DNA of 64,000 nucleotides from Puccinia triticina (Eukaryota): NCBI GenBank assembly GCA_026914245.1, contig CP110440.1, positions 310,001 to 374,000 of the forward strand, read 5' to 3'. Shown piece by piece: positions 12,363 to 25,029 of this stretch (position 1 is its first letter; each line of letters starts with the position of its first letter). The notes under the pieces were generated by a model. It saw only the letters and a program-made list of their open reading frames with translations, ran no database searches and was not told where the DNA came from. The position numbers and the translations under genes were made by a program.

Positions 12363-13419
12363 TGTGGTCAATATTCCTGTGTTTGAAGGAAAAAAAAAAA
12401 CTAAAAATTTATTCTTTATAAGCTAACCCCCTCAAGATACACCCAAAATGACCTCAGAAATGGATTCTATACACAAAATAACCCCTAGTCACTCACTGGA
12501 ACCACCCTCATATCTCTACTGGATCAGAAGATAGCCAAATCACACATTTCACGCACCAGTCCAACAGTCTCACAGAAGGATCACACACGGTTCACACACA
12601 ATCTCAAACTCAAGAATAGCCTTTCATACAGCGTATTGAATTCCTTTGTTTCTTTTATTTCTGTTCCTTTTATCTCTTAGCTCCTATTTTTCCATTGCAT
12701 ATGTTTGAGTTCTAGTTGCATACCTTAATTGGTTGTAGGAAATCCTTGTATGAATATATTAGACTTTTTTCTGCATGTGAAGGGCTCCTTTGTAGTTAGA
12801 CTAGCTGAAAATCCCTCATAGCCTGTTTTCCATGGGGCCAAAATCCCTCACTCTTCCCTATATAAGGAGGCCTCTGCCTGCCAGTTGTATCCTTCCTCAT
12901 CCCATTGGGTAATTCCCTCAGGGGTCACCCCCTTCCTCCTCATGCCATCTGGCACATCTCACCTTACACATATATATATCACCCCCACTCAGTGTTACAT
13001 TTTATTTATTTCACATCAATTTCACGGATTAGTTTGCAATATCAGAATCACCACTCAGTTTCACATTACCTTTCACAAGTGACGAACGTCTTTGGATCCA
13101 ATCCCGGCCAAAGCCAAGTGCCCATCCTGGCCCTCTCTTTTTGAACTTTTATACTCTCAACCTCTTGACCTGGGTCCCCATCAAAGACATCTAGACCTTG
13201 CGTTCACATATAACTCAACAAGACTCTCATTAACTCTCGCCAACAACACATTCAACATCCAACTATACTTTCATCTTGAACATATCCTTTATCACAAAAT
13301 AAATTGCCAAGCTTACCTTGGTGGTCTTGTTTTCTGATACTAGAAAGGCAGAGCTTGCACCTCATCTATACCTTTCGCCATTCAGCAAAAGGGTTTCACA
13401 ACACCTTTTAAGTCTTACA
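12363..13419 (+). mobile_element. 3' LTR remnant preceded by a polypurine tract
   Basis: GGGGGAGGA|TGTGG ... CTTACA, with internal TATATAAGGAGGC. The 3' end resembles the solo LTR ending at 45936 (GAAAGGCAGAG...CAGCAAAAGG...TTACA). Confidence 0.6.
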
Positions 13420-13846
13420 GCGCTTGCGCTACAGCACTTTTAGCAGCAAAATTGGCCAAAAAAACTGCTATAGCGGGCGCTTTTTTGGGCCCTGTGCCAG
13501 TTATTGTAGCTGGCCCACCGTTTCTGGGAGGGCTGAAGAAAACCACATCAGGGGACAAATTGCTTTTTAAAAACCATAACTCATTGAATCTTGATTAGCA
13601 TTGCCAATCCTTTCTAAATAATAGTACTGTTAATACTATTGGAATGTACAATGATGTCAACCAATTAGCTGGCTGTTTAAAAAGGCCCTTGTGAACTTTG
13701 GCCTCAATCACATGTCAAAGAGGCTTGATTATCAGCCATCCAGGCTTTCTTTTGGGCTCATAACACTAACCAACGTCCAGTATGTCCTTGTTGCTGGCCG
13801 CGCACTTCTTGCCTTCGAAGAGCCAACAACGGACTACTTCAGCGCC

Positions 13847-14982
13847 TCACAGAAGGGCTAGCTCTTCTTCTTGGATCTTTTTGACGATTTCCTCATCAGA
13901 TTGTGATGGTTCACAATGGCCAACTTCTATCTGAAGTTTTGTTTGCTCAATCTTGGCGAATTCCTTGGCCCTACTTAAGATTTTGTCGAAGGAGGCATTC
14001 ACAAATTCATTATATCCAGAGCACTCGTCATGGTCAAGTAGTTGCATCCAAGTCGTTTGCTTGTCTCCAGTGCTTGTGTAAGGAACTAGCACCACCACGC
14101 AGGATTGCACAGAGGTCGGCAGTAGACACCGACATTTTCATAGTGGTTTTCTCATCATTTGTATCGTTGCTAGTTGTCAATGAGTTATCTGGGTTAGTTC
14201 CCTTGAAGTCCAAGATCTTCAACAAAAGATAAAGTTTTTTACGTAGGCGGCCGATCATCTGCTGCTCGACTGATTCTGCACAAATCAAGTGGTAGACGGT
14301 AACCTTCTGGGTCTGTCCGATTCGAAGAACTCGGGCTATTGTTTGGATATCAACCTGAGGGTTCCAAGAAGAGTTGTAGAGGACGACCATGTGGGCCGCA
14401 GTGAGATTGATGCCAAAGCCACAGGACCCTGGAAACCCCCGATGTAGGTGGGTAACCTAAATGTATGAATTTTTACATTTTTTTGCAAAATGTTAGGCAC
14501 ATAATCAGTATGAATGGGGTTTGGAACCCAAAAGGGTACACACCAAAGATGGCATTTATGTATGGATTTCTGCTGATACTCAGTTAAATCCCCTAAAACC
14601 CGCAGAACCTGGCTTAACTTCGGGGATTTCGGGCTCCCCGGGGCGATTTTGCCCCAGGCATAGGCACGAAAATGTATGAATCAGCCAAAAAAAGCCATTC
14701 CCCGGTGCCCCCCGATGTATGAATTTTGCCAAAATCTTGGATTTTTGGTTACCCACATCTATAGGGGGTTTCCAGGGTCCTAAAGCCACCCGCTTTAGTG
14801 GAAATCAAGAATATGGGTACGACAGGTGGAGACAAATATCCATGTGATCTGAGAGTATCGATTGTTTTGGATCGCTGGAAAATGTCAATTGCCAAGTTAC
14901 GTCGAGCCACAGGAGTTGATCCATCCAATCTGAGCCGACTCTGAGGTAATCGGTTTGTCTTAAGCTCAAAAAATCCTCCATG
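13847..14982 (-). pseudogene. SNF2-family helicase C-terminal fragment, disrupted
   Basis: Motifs MEDFL..R, RLDGST, ISTKAGGFGINLTAA (rejoined across the insertion) and SSWNPQVDIQTIARVLRIGQTQKVTVYHLI. Contains stops, frameshifts and a MITE insertion. Confidence 0.8.
14423..14781. mobile_element. hAT-like MITE
   Basis: TIR AGGACCCTGGAAACCCCC / GGGGGTTTCCAGGGTCCT; 8-bp TSD AAAGCCAC on both sides. Removal restores the helicase motif V. Confidence 0.85.
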
Positions 14983-16330
14983 GATGAGAGATGCGAAAAA
15001 ATCAATCTGATCAGAGACCAGAAATTACTTATTCAAGCTTATTTTCTCAAAAAAATGGAGTACCATGCAGAGCCAGGAGGATCAATGAAGATATTTTTTT
15101 GTTTCGAAGCCGCTGAGGCGTCCGGGAGTCTTGGGTTCTCAGATGCATGTCCCCTGAACCATGGCAGAATCGACAAGAATAAGTCTGTTAACAATCAAAT
15201 GGACAAAGCAATACTTTTGGACAAGTATCGATCGGCCATTCCCAGCATTGACAGGCATTGGCCTTTAAATCTTGGGGGGTAGCCATGACCACGAAGTCGA
15301 TCACCCATTTCCGGCCAACCGGTTCGCAGGCCCATTTTTGAACTGACTGGATTTCTTTGACGGCTGGTTGGTGATCAAGATCTTCGAGAGCGAGAATTGG
15401 AGAGAATCGCTTTTTAGCAAAGTGATATGCCCCAGGAGGCCGGCGGAGGTGGTTGGAAAGCAGAGAGGATGAGTTCGAAGAGTTTGTAATTACAATGAGG
15501 TCTGCTGACCTCTTGGGTTAGCCGGTCAAGGGCCTGTTTGGCTTGGATATAAATCACATCCTGGTATTTCTCTTTATCATCAAGAGTTAGAGACCAATCT
15601 TCATTTTCATATCAAAGTGATCAAGCCACGGAAGACGGGAGCGGGCCAGGTCAAGCTAGGTGTTGGGTTGCTGACTGGCGGGCGACGTTCAATGCGAGTG
15701 ATGACACTCTAGGGGGGTATTCCGGGTGGATAGGATCAATTCAGGATTGAGCACAGAAGTCGAGAGAAGCTTTGGAATCTTTGGTACCGAGGCCAAAGAA
15801 CCAAGCGGGTGCATGTCTTTTCCTCACTCTTACATACATAGCTTGTTACCAAAAGTTAAACCCCTATAACATTTTTTTTGGATTAAATCTTAAAACATAT
15901 CGGGACATAAATAAGAAATAGAGAAAAATACCCTAGCGGCAACGGGAAACGGTTACCGACGTGGGTAACACGCAAAAAATCGATACAGTAGCGATAACGT
16001 AGCTACCCTGTGTTGTGAGTTGTATTGGGACCGATGGAATAAATGAGCAAGGAGGACGAGAAGAGCAAGACGGTTTGATGAAAAGAGCATAGTGCGGATG
16101 ACGAGAGAAGAGCAAGAAATCAATGAAAAGCAAAGGGTAGTGTGATTGCTAGTAGGTATAGGGTCGACGTAAAGTCTTGTCCAGATCCAAGGAGGGAGTG
16201 TCTGAGCTCCGGAATGATCGGAGAGATTCATCCTGCAAAACAAAAGCTAATAAGAATCTTATTCGACTTGGGCAGTACTTGTGCTAGCCTGCTCACAGGT
16301 TTGATTGAACACCTTCTGGGTTCTGCTTGA

Positions 16331-19300
16331 CTATTTTTTTGCCGCTCGGCGTTTGGCTGGTTTCTGGGGAGGTTCGGGTGCGGGATGTTGAGATGGGTTC
16401 GGGGAAGGTAAGGGTGACTGAGGTGTCTGTTGCTCGGGAGCCCTCGGATAGAAGACTGGGGTCAATTTTTTGATCCATGCTTCGGTATTTGGATCGCGAT
16501 TATCGTGAAGATTCAGCAAGTCGTCTGGTATCGCGGTAATCAACCGCTCTAGCCCAGCGCGCATTTCAGACGTAAGGCAAGCGATTTCGCCCAGACCAAG
16601 AAACTGGTAAGCAACTCTTCGGCCGTCAACAGGTTTTTCCGGCTTGTTTTCCGGCTGCTTCCAGGTTACCTTACCAGAGGTGGCTCTCAAGCTGAATAAC
16701 AGAATAAGATAGGGATTGTTGATGCCTTCAATTCCCGCAAAGCTTTTGGACCAGTGATGACTCTTATCCATGCGAACTGGACCTTGCCTATTTTTTGTTT
16801 GAACACCACAAAATGTGATGTTGCTTAATTTTAGCTTTGAAGATTGAGGTGCGGATGGAGGTGCGAGATAGATGGTGAAGAGCTCGTCAAGACCAGGTTG
16901 CTGACTTCTGCATTGCACCGCAACACCTCGGTATAAAAGCTCCAAGAAGTCAGTGGCGCTGGGTGTGTATGAAATCCGGGTAAAGTGATTGAAGAAGATC
17001 CGCCCGTTTTTCAAGAGTGTGTTTCTGTCATCTGGATTGATACAGTCAAATTTCATGTCGCTTGGGTTTCTGCCGCTCAATGTCTGAAGGAAATCTATCA
17101 ATCGCACTGAGTATCCATTTGGGATCGAGTCGGTGTTCTTGTGAGGAATTGGCTTTGTTTTCTGCATAGCGCGTATCAAGATCAATCTCGTCGCCATTTC
17201 TCCGGCGTCTCCGAGGGCAACGAGTCCTTTGCTCACCGCGGAAGCAAGAGTATTGATGCACTCGATCCAACGCTCATCGTCGGATGCAAGAACTCTGTTA
17301 GCCGCTGATGCATAGACGAACTGCGGGGGATAATCGCTGACAATCATTTCTCTCTTTGGGTCGATAAACATACAATGCGCCGCATGACTAGCAACAAGCT
17401 CCGAGTTGATCGGCGCATGTAGAGATACCCGAGTTTGTATGATCGAGCCCAGAATGGCGAAACATTGCGGGCTAGACAATGCTTCAGGAGAAGCCGATCG
17501 AGTCTTGAACAGTAATTTTGCCTCAGCAATCATCGCCGTGGTTTGGACGGCTTCTTTCGGCGTTTTTATCATTGCACCCTTGAAATACAGCCCATAAAAT
17601 GGGCAGCCATAGCTAAAGAGCCGTTCGGGCGATAGCAAATCCCTCCACGAGCTGGGCTTCTCTTTTGGGACAAACGCATCAAGTGTTGAGATTTTGTAGA
17701 TTGGCGCAAATAAATCAACACCAGCACCGTGGAACCTTGTGCTGGGGTCTCGGTCTAGGGCAGGATTAAAGTTGGCGACGCGGGAGGTCGTATCTATGAA
17801 AACACTAAAGAACCCCATTGCGGAAGGTATTCCCGATAAAGCTCGACGAAACACGCGAAAGTATGGAATCTGGAGTTGTTCGTCTGTATGATCTATCAGG
17901 TTGCTGGCTTCGTCTATTGCCAAGAGGACTTTGAGATTTCCATGTTTTGTAGATTCCATAATTTCATCCACTTCTGATACCGCAGCAGCGAGTTTGTCCC
18001 TCGTGCCTAGGTCACCTGTTTGTATGTCCTCCCAAGTTAGGTTCGACTGTGAGCTGGTTTTCATTTTCAAGTTATTCAATTCGTATTCGACCTTGGCATT
18101 GAATTTATCCTTCGGAATATTGTTCATTTGAAAACTGTAGTCGAACCACTCAGATAATTGCTCTTCCAAGCTTTTAGTACGTATATCGGGTCGTTTGAAA
18201 AAATCATACACCGCCTTGAGAATTGCGATGATTAGGTAGGAATAGTGCTGAATCATGTTCGGTATTGGTTTCACTGGGGTAAAGTGTGTAGCTAGGTCGG
18301 AACGAGGGGGCTGGCCAGTGGATTTCTGTTTCCGGAGACAGATATACACCACGCACACGTGTTTAGCCAGCTCCTTGAGCAAGCGGGTTTTACCGGTCAT
18401 TGTCGGGCCGATGATTGAAGTGTAGGGTGCTTTGTATGCATCTTTTTTCCATTGACCTGCATAAAGTTGTAGAGTTTCTAGGGTTGGGATAACAATAAGA
18501 TCGTGTCCCTGATATTCTGCGTCGAACCCTTGCTGGACGATTTCGGTCGACCAGTTGATCTGTGGTGTCGCAACTATCTGTTCGGCGGCGCTGGGAAACC
18601 CCAGTGCAACAAGCATCTCTTGATCAGTCAATACAGAAGCGTCGCGCTCGGGGAATCGGACAAAGTAGGCACGCCGGATCAGTGTCTTCGTCCTATCGAC
18701 ATGGTCTTTTTCGTTTATTCCAAGCTCCTTTTGGAGCAATTTCCAGGATCCCGTTTCCCCTGCGGTAAAATCGCTCCAGCGCAAGGCAACAATTGCGCGG
18801 CGTGCTGTGGCCAGGTTCACAAAGTCAAACACACTGGCTAGTTGGTCGGTGTGTTCGTGCACCTTTTCCACTTCAGATTTTTTTAGGAGTATGAACTAAG
18901 ATCAGTTTCTATTCTGTAGCTCGTAATCAACCAAAAAGAATCACTTACGTCCAGCAGTGTCAAGAAGGTTTTTCCAAAGATCGTCTGGTTTCACGTGTTG
19001 GGAGTGGATTTCCACAAAGAGCTCGCGTTTTTCCTCAATTTTTGATGACGTTTGTGCCGCGTCGAGTACATTTTTGGCGGGAGCGGGGGAACCTTCAATT
19101 TCAGCAAGCATCTGATCTCCATCCAATTTAGAAGCGTCGCGCTCGGGGAATCGGACAAAGTAGGCACGCCGGATCAGTGTCTCCGTCCTATCGACATGGT
19201 CTTTTTTGTTTATTCCAAGCTCCTTTTGGAGCAATTTCCAGGATCCCGTTTCCCCTGCGGTAAAATCGCTCCAGCGCGAGGCAACAATTGCGCGGCGTGC

Positions 19301-19659
19301 CGTGGCCAGGTTCACAAAGTCAAACACCCTGGCTAGTTGGTCGGTGTGCTCGTGCACCTTTTCCACTTCAGATTTTTTTAGGAGTATGAACTAAGATCAG
19401 TTTCTATTCTGTAGCTCGTAATCAACCAAAAAGAATCACTTACGTCCAGCAGTGTCAAGAAGGTTTTTCCAAAGATCGTCTGGTTTCACGTGTTGGGAGT
19501 GGATTTCCACAAAGAGCTCGCGTTCATCGTCAGTTTTTGATGATTCGGGTTTGGCTGGAGTAGCTTTCGATTTCTCCCTTAACTGCTGAGGTCGGACATG
19601 GAGATTTCAACATGTACATACGTATGTAGGAAGCAGAGGGGAAAACTTACTGGGGCCAT
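16331..19659 (-). CDS. P-loop NTPase plus C-terminal restriction-endonuclease-like protein (Crinkler/CR-type architecture), ~1034 aa; exons 19659-19651, 19582-19444, 19365-18949, 18870-16331
   Basis: Walker A GPTMTGKT, Walker B LLAIDEA, and a C-terminal PGLD...GVQTKN (PD-(D/E)xK-like). Basic tail KPAKRRAAKK. GTAAGT donors; the spliced model is open over 3105 nt. Confidence 0.75.
18636..19523 (-). repeat. near-identical tandem duplication (495-bp period) including an intron
   Basis: 18636-19028 matches 19131-19523 almost base for base, including the 78-nt intron. Confidence 0.9.
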
Positions 19660-20200
19660 GGGGACGGGGAAAATCAATCGGAGGGCGAGAAAACTGGACT
19701 GAGCTGGATCTGATGCAAGCGAGGGAGTCACTTGTAGATGTTGGTTGTTGTTGAAGGTTGAGAGGTCAAGAGCTGTCAAGAGAAGTATTGGTGCTGCGAA
19801 GGATTGCACTGCGTTCGGCCGGTTTCAGCTCGAGGTGCCATCGACGCCCCGGGGGAGGATCGGTTGGCGAGACTTTCCGCTGGGAGATCACAGCCGACCC
19901 GCCGAGGACGACCCAGCGACAGCGACTGAGAGCATCTCCGACGGACTCGCTACACTACACCACTGTTCGCAGTCGACGCAAGCTTAAGGTAGAAGATTGT
20001 GTCAGCCCGACCTCCCCAACCCCACCAAAAAAGTTTGGTGGCCGACCTGATGTCTCTACGCGGGAGGCCGTCGGAGCCGCAGTCGGCATATCTACCGATG
20101 TTGGCCTTGCATTAAGGTCCGACATCGGCATATCATCTGCGTAGGCCTTGCGCAATGACACTGCATCAACACAATTTTGACGCAGGCCCGACGCAATAGG

Positions 20201-20260
20201 AAATTCATTGCGCCGGGCTTGCGCAACGCCAAATTCATTGCGCCGGGCTTGCGCAAGGCA
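20201..20260 (+). repeat. 30-bp direct repeat within a GCGCAA-rich palindromic patch
   Basis: AAATTCATTGCGCCGGGCTTGCGCAA occurs twice in tandem. Confidence 0.7.
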
Positions 20261-20483
20261 GAATGCACTGTGCAATGCCTGCGCAAGGCGAGCTTAACTA
20301 GGCCTCGGCGGGAGCGGAAGCGAGCAGCGGAGCTGTCCACGCCAGTGGAGGCCTGTACCTTAAGTCAAAATTCTCGCGTGATGAGTTTTTCGATTTGGCC
20401 TGAAAACTGCCTTTTTTTGCCTTCTTCCTCCTGTACCCGCTTCATTGCTCACATCCACCAATTTCCTTGCAAGCCACTAATAA

Positions 20484-20869
20484 GGCCCCGTTTGGCACCG
20501 ATATAATTATAGGTGATATAATCGCTGATTAAGTCAATAAAAAATAGAAAATTCAACATAAAGCCTCCAAATTTTATTTGTAGGCAACCTACAGTGCTGG
20601 TCTCTTCAACTTTGAAATCAGATTCAACTGATTCAGCCATCTTCAGCACCATAATACCATTATATCACTTTTGACCAATATGAAGTGATATATTGGTATT
20701 ATGGTGCTGAAGATGGCTGGATAAGTTGATTCTGGGTTCACAGTTGAAGAGACCAGCACTGTAGGTTGCCTACAAGAAAAATTTGGAGGCTTTATGTTGA
20801 ATTTTGTATTTTTTATTGAATTAACCGGTGATTATATCACCTGTATTTATATCAGTGCCAAACGGGGCC
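20484..20869. mobile_element. PIF/Harbinger MITE (foldback)
   Basis: TAA|GGCCCCGTTTGGCAC ... GTGCCAAACGGGGCC|TAA; long inverted arms; same TIR start as 52381-55599. Confidence 0.9.
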
Positions 20870-21437
20870 TAAGATTTAGATTTTCCAAAACAGGATACAT
20901 ACTTAGTTACGATCAAGAACGGACCTACGATAGAAGCTTAATCCCTAGGATCAAGATCGTATCGCCGGTTTCTCTTTAAATTATCCGATGTGTATTTCGC
21001 TTTCTAGTTGTAAGGCCTATTGTCCATAAATGGACCTTCACTATGCGCGCAACAGGTTGTTTTCTCTCTGTCGCAATATTTTTGTTTCTTCCTTTTCATC
21101 AAACTTTTGGAACATAATCATTAAAATACTCTTAAATCCCATCTATGATACTTAGTGTCTCGTGAGATCTTGCCCTGGTTATCAAATAGCTTGTCTGTGA
21201 TATTCTGAAACAATCTGTTTCTGGCACACGTAATATTCTAGTCATTACAATAATATTGCAATCTTCAAAACTTAGTTTTTTCTTTTTCTTTATACAAATC
21301 TACCGTTCTTCAAATGGATGTTAATCAAGACAAACGAGTTCAAAATTTGGCCGCCCTCTCCAATCTTCAACTTCATCATCAAACGGAAGCTCAAACTACA
21401 TCTGCTCAAGTTCACTCACTTCAAACGGACGTCAATA

Positions 21438-22321
21438 CACCAGGAAAAAAAAGTAGTCACTTGATGGCAAGTGACATGACACAGCTTTGTTTTCAGCTCC
21501 AACACTGCTCCAATGCTGCTCCTCTCCACCAGCACATCTGGGGCTCACATGATAGGTGTCAGGATCAAAGCACTCAATGTGAAAAAACCAGATGATGCTC
21601 AGTTTTGTCCCTGGCCCAGCTGATACTCAGCTTTTACCCTGGCTCAGCTGATTCTCAGTTTATCCCCTGGCCCAGCTGATGCTCAGCTTTGGAACTGGCC
21701 ACCTGATGATCATCTTTGGCCCTGGCACAGCTGATGCTCAGCCTTGTCTATGGCTCAGCTGATGCTCAGCTTTGGCCCTAGCATAGCTGATTTTCAGCTC
21801 TGGTCCTGTCCAAGCTGATTCCCATCTTTCTCCCTGGCCTGGCTCAGCTGATGCTCAGCAAGCTGAGCATCAGCTGGCCAGCTAGCCCAGGACTGGGCCA
21901 AAGCTGAGCTGCTCGAGCATCAGCTGGGACAGGAATAGGAGAAGGCTGAGCAAGGACTGGTACAAAGCTGAGCATTAGCTGCGCCAGGACTAGTATAAAA
22001 AGCTGAGCATCACCTGGGCAAGGAATGGTCAAACGGCTTTATTACAATTCTGAGAGTGAGCTGCATGAAAAAGCTGAGTATGAGATGGGCAGAAAAGCTG
22101 AGTATGAGCTTGGTGCCAAAGCTGAGTATCAGCTGGACAGAACTGAGGATCAGTTGGGCTCATCAAAAACTGAACAGGACCTCCTTGGTAAATTTTGGAA
22201 GTTGAGGAGATGGTTGGGAGATTGGGGTAGATAGTGAATAGATATTGGATAGATGGTGGGTAGCTGGCTGGAGCTGGTGTAATGTCACTTGTCATCAACT
22301 GACTATTTTATTTTCCTGGTG
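21438..22321. mobile_element. non-autonomous CACTA-like element with internal inverted tandem arrays
   Basis: ATA|CACCAGGAAAA...TTTTCCTGGTG|ATA (3-bp TSD). Removal restores the gag frame (TDVNNINLSLQ). Interior GCTGATGCTCAGC units flip orientation at ~21860. Confidence 0.8.
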
Positions 22322-23984
22322 ATAACATCAACCTATCACTTCAAGATATATCTCAACGACTTCTCCTCTTCCATCAACAACTCAATAATATTCAAGCAGC
22401 CCCACCACCACCACCACAACAACAACATTCGGATGTTGGAGTGATGACTCATGCTTCTTTTTTGGGTAATCCAAAGGAAATCAACAAATTCTGTTAAGTT
22501 TCACACAACTAAGAGGTTTATCATTTCTTGTAAGTGAGAGGTCAATCCAACAAACTTGGAGACAGAGATAGAAATGAAAGACAATTGTGTACCTAAGAGC
22601 AGACCCGCTCGGTACTGGGTGAAAATGAGATTTAGTAAATCTAGAGCGCTACAATGTAGCTGGAGAAACCTTTGGGTTCCGAGAGCTAACAAGATTTATC
22701 TTGTCAGTAAACACGCTCCGCTGGATGCGCTGGTAAGAAAGATAAATCTTACTTAGGCTTGTGGGTCTTGTTCCTCAAGATTCGCCAATACGAGCTAAGA
22801 GTGATCTGGAACCGTGGTTGTCTGTCACTGTGCACAGGAACAACCGTCAGTCTGAAGTCATTTATGACTATGGCACTGCAGCGATAATCTTACCTCCGTA
22901 GTTGGGGTTAGAGATTCTATCACTGAGGCTGAAACCTTGTCGGTCTTGGGCGTCGGATACAAGTGGGCTGCAAGATCATAAAGATTCTCTAGTAAGCTCC
23001 ATCTGTCCTAGCTGAGGCTATCCCAACGGACTCACATACCTGGTAGGTGTTTTGTCCTGTTTGGGTCGCTTGGGCGCTTCGTTGGTTTCTGACGTGGCTG
23101 AAGGTTTAGGAGCGGATGAATTAGCTTTAGCCGACTTCATCCGCCTGAGGGCGGCATGCATATTGCATGCGCCTGGAGGTTGCACCGGCTCACCTCGGGC
23201 CCCAGTAGGGTTAGGTCTAACAGCCTTGCGCTTCCTCTGATTTGGGGATGTACCCAAATCCTGACAAATTCCTCTATTTCACCAAGGATCGTTTGGTCGA
23301 AGTCGAGGGTTGGTTTCCTACAGAAAAGAGCAAGATCAACTGGATTGTCCGACATTTTCAACACGCTAACGGTAACATCTCCGATGCAACCCCATTGTAC
23401 AACTGGTGGATTTCAATTCTCAAGGAGAACGCTCAATCTCAAAATCTGGACGCTCACCTTGCGTCTGCCGAGGATCCTTATGTTCTTCCTTGTCTTGCTT
23501 CTATTCACACTTTCATGGCAAAATTAGAAGAAGTGTTTGCTGACCGAAACAGTGTTGAAGATTCTAAGCGTGCTTTATTCAGTTGTTGACAAGGCAATAT
23601 GTTGTTGGATGTCTTCAACTCTCTTTTCAGCTCTTTGGTCTACGCGGTCAATCTCACTGAAGAAAGCCAATGTGATCTCTACAAGAGAGCTCTCAACCCT
23701 CAAATTTTGGAGATCGCTATTGTCAAGGATTTGTGGAAAACATCCAACACTCTTCGCGAGAAGCAAGATCTAGCCGTCCTTGCCTCCAAAATTCTCACAG
23801 AACTTAATCAGATTCGCAACAACATCACCGCTCGTCAACCTGACATTCAAGCTTCGCCTCTTCCTCCAGCATCCATTGCTCCAGTCCCAATGGACATCGA
23901 TGCTATCACTGCTAGTACTGGTTTCACTTTTCCCCTCTATTGCTCCCTTTGCGTCAAAAACAAGCTCTGCCAACGATGTCATAA

Positions 23985-25029
23985 CACTACAAACATTTAT
24001 TATTTTGCCCAAAAAATAAATAAAAGTCAACATGAAAAAAATAAAACCAAAATTTCACTCAGGGGAACAAACTGAGCATGCTGAGCCAAAAAAATAAAAT
24101 GTCCCAAACTGAGCAAAAATTGTCAAACAATGTTTTGGGATGGTTTTTTTTCACGGGCCTGGCGGGCCTGGAGCGGGCTTGAGCGGGCCTTGAGCGGGCC
24201 TTGAGCGGGCCTGCCCCAAAAGCACATTGGTTCAGTATTGAAGGAGTTTTGCCTTGCCCTGGGAGCTTCTGGGGCTTTTGATGGGCCCAGAATCTCAACA
24301 TGGGCTTTTGGTGGTCTAGATATATCAACCCGGGCCACTGAATAGCCCATGGGCCTTTGAATTCAGAGAAAGCTCACCATGAGCCCCCACATAGCTACTG
24401 GGCTCTTGGTAGCCCATGAAGATCTCCATTGGCCAACAGATACCCTCATGGGCTTTTGGTGGCCCATGAAGATCTCCATGGGCCAACAGATATCCTCATG
24501 GGCTTGTGGTGGTCCAAAAAGCTCCCCATGGGCTTTTTGTGGCCCAGAAAGGAAGCAAAAAGCCCATGGGATCCCATGATGGAAGTAGTTGGCCCATAGG
24601 GATCTTCATGGGCCACCAAGAGCCCATTAGCTATGTAGGGGCTCATGGTGGGCTTTCTCTGAATTCAAAGGCCCATGGGCTATTCAGTGGCCCGGGTTGA
24701 TACTTCTAGACCACCAAAAGCCCATGTTGAGATTTTGGGCCCATCAAAAGCCCCAGAAGCTCCCAGGGCAAGGCAAAACTCCTTCAATACTGAACCAATG
24801 TGCTTTTGGGGCAGGCCCGCTCAAGGCCCGCTCAAGCCCGCTCGGGGCCTGCCAGGCCCGTGAAAAAAAACCATCCCAAAACATTGTCTGACAATTTTTG
24901 CTCAGTTTGGGACATTTTATTTTTTTGGCTCAGCATGCTCAGTTTGTTCCCCTGAGTGAAATTTTGGTTTTATTTTTTTCATGTTGACTTTTATTTATTT
25001 TTTGGGCAAAATAATAAATGTTTGTAGTG
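23985..25029. mobile_element. non-autonomous CACTA foldback element
   Basis: TAA|CACTACAAAC ... GTTTGTAGTG|TAA, with ~400-bp near-perfect inverted arms. Removal restores CQRCHKAYD of gag. Confidence 0.92.

Noticed and set aside
21590..22150. CRISPR-like repeat/spacer pattern
   Set aside because: The intervening sequences are similar to each other, and the array is internal to a TIR element.
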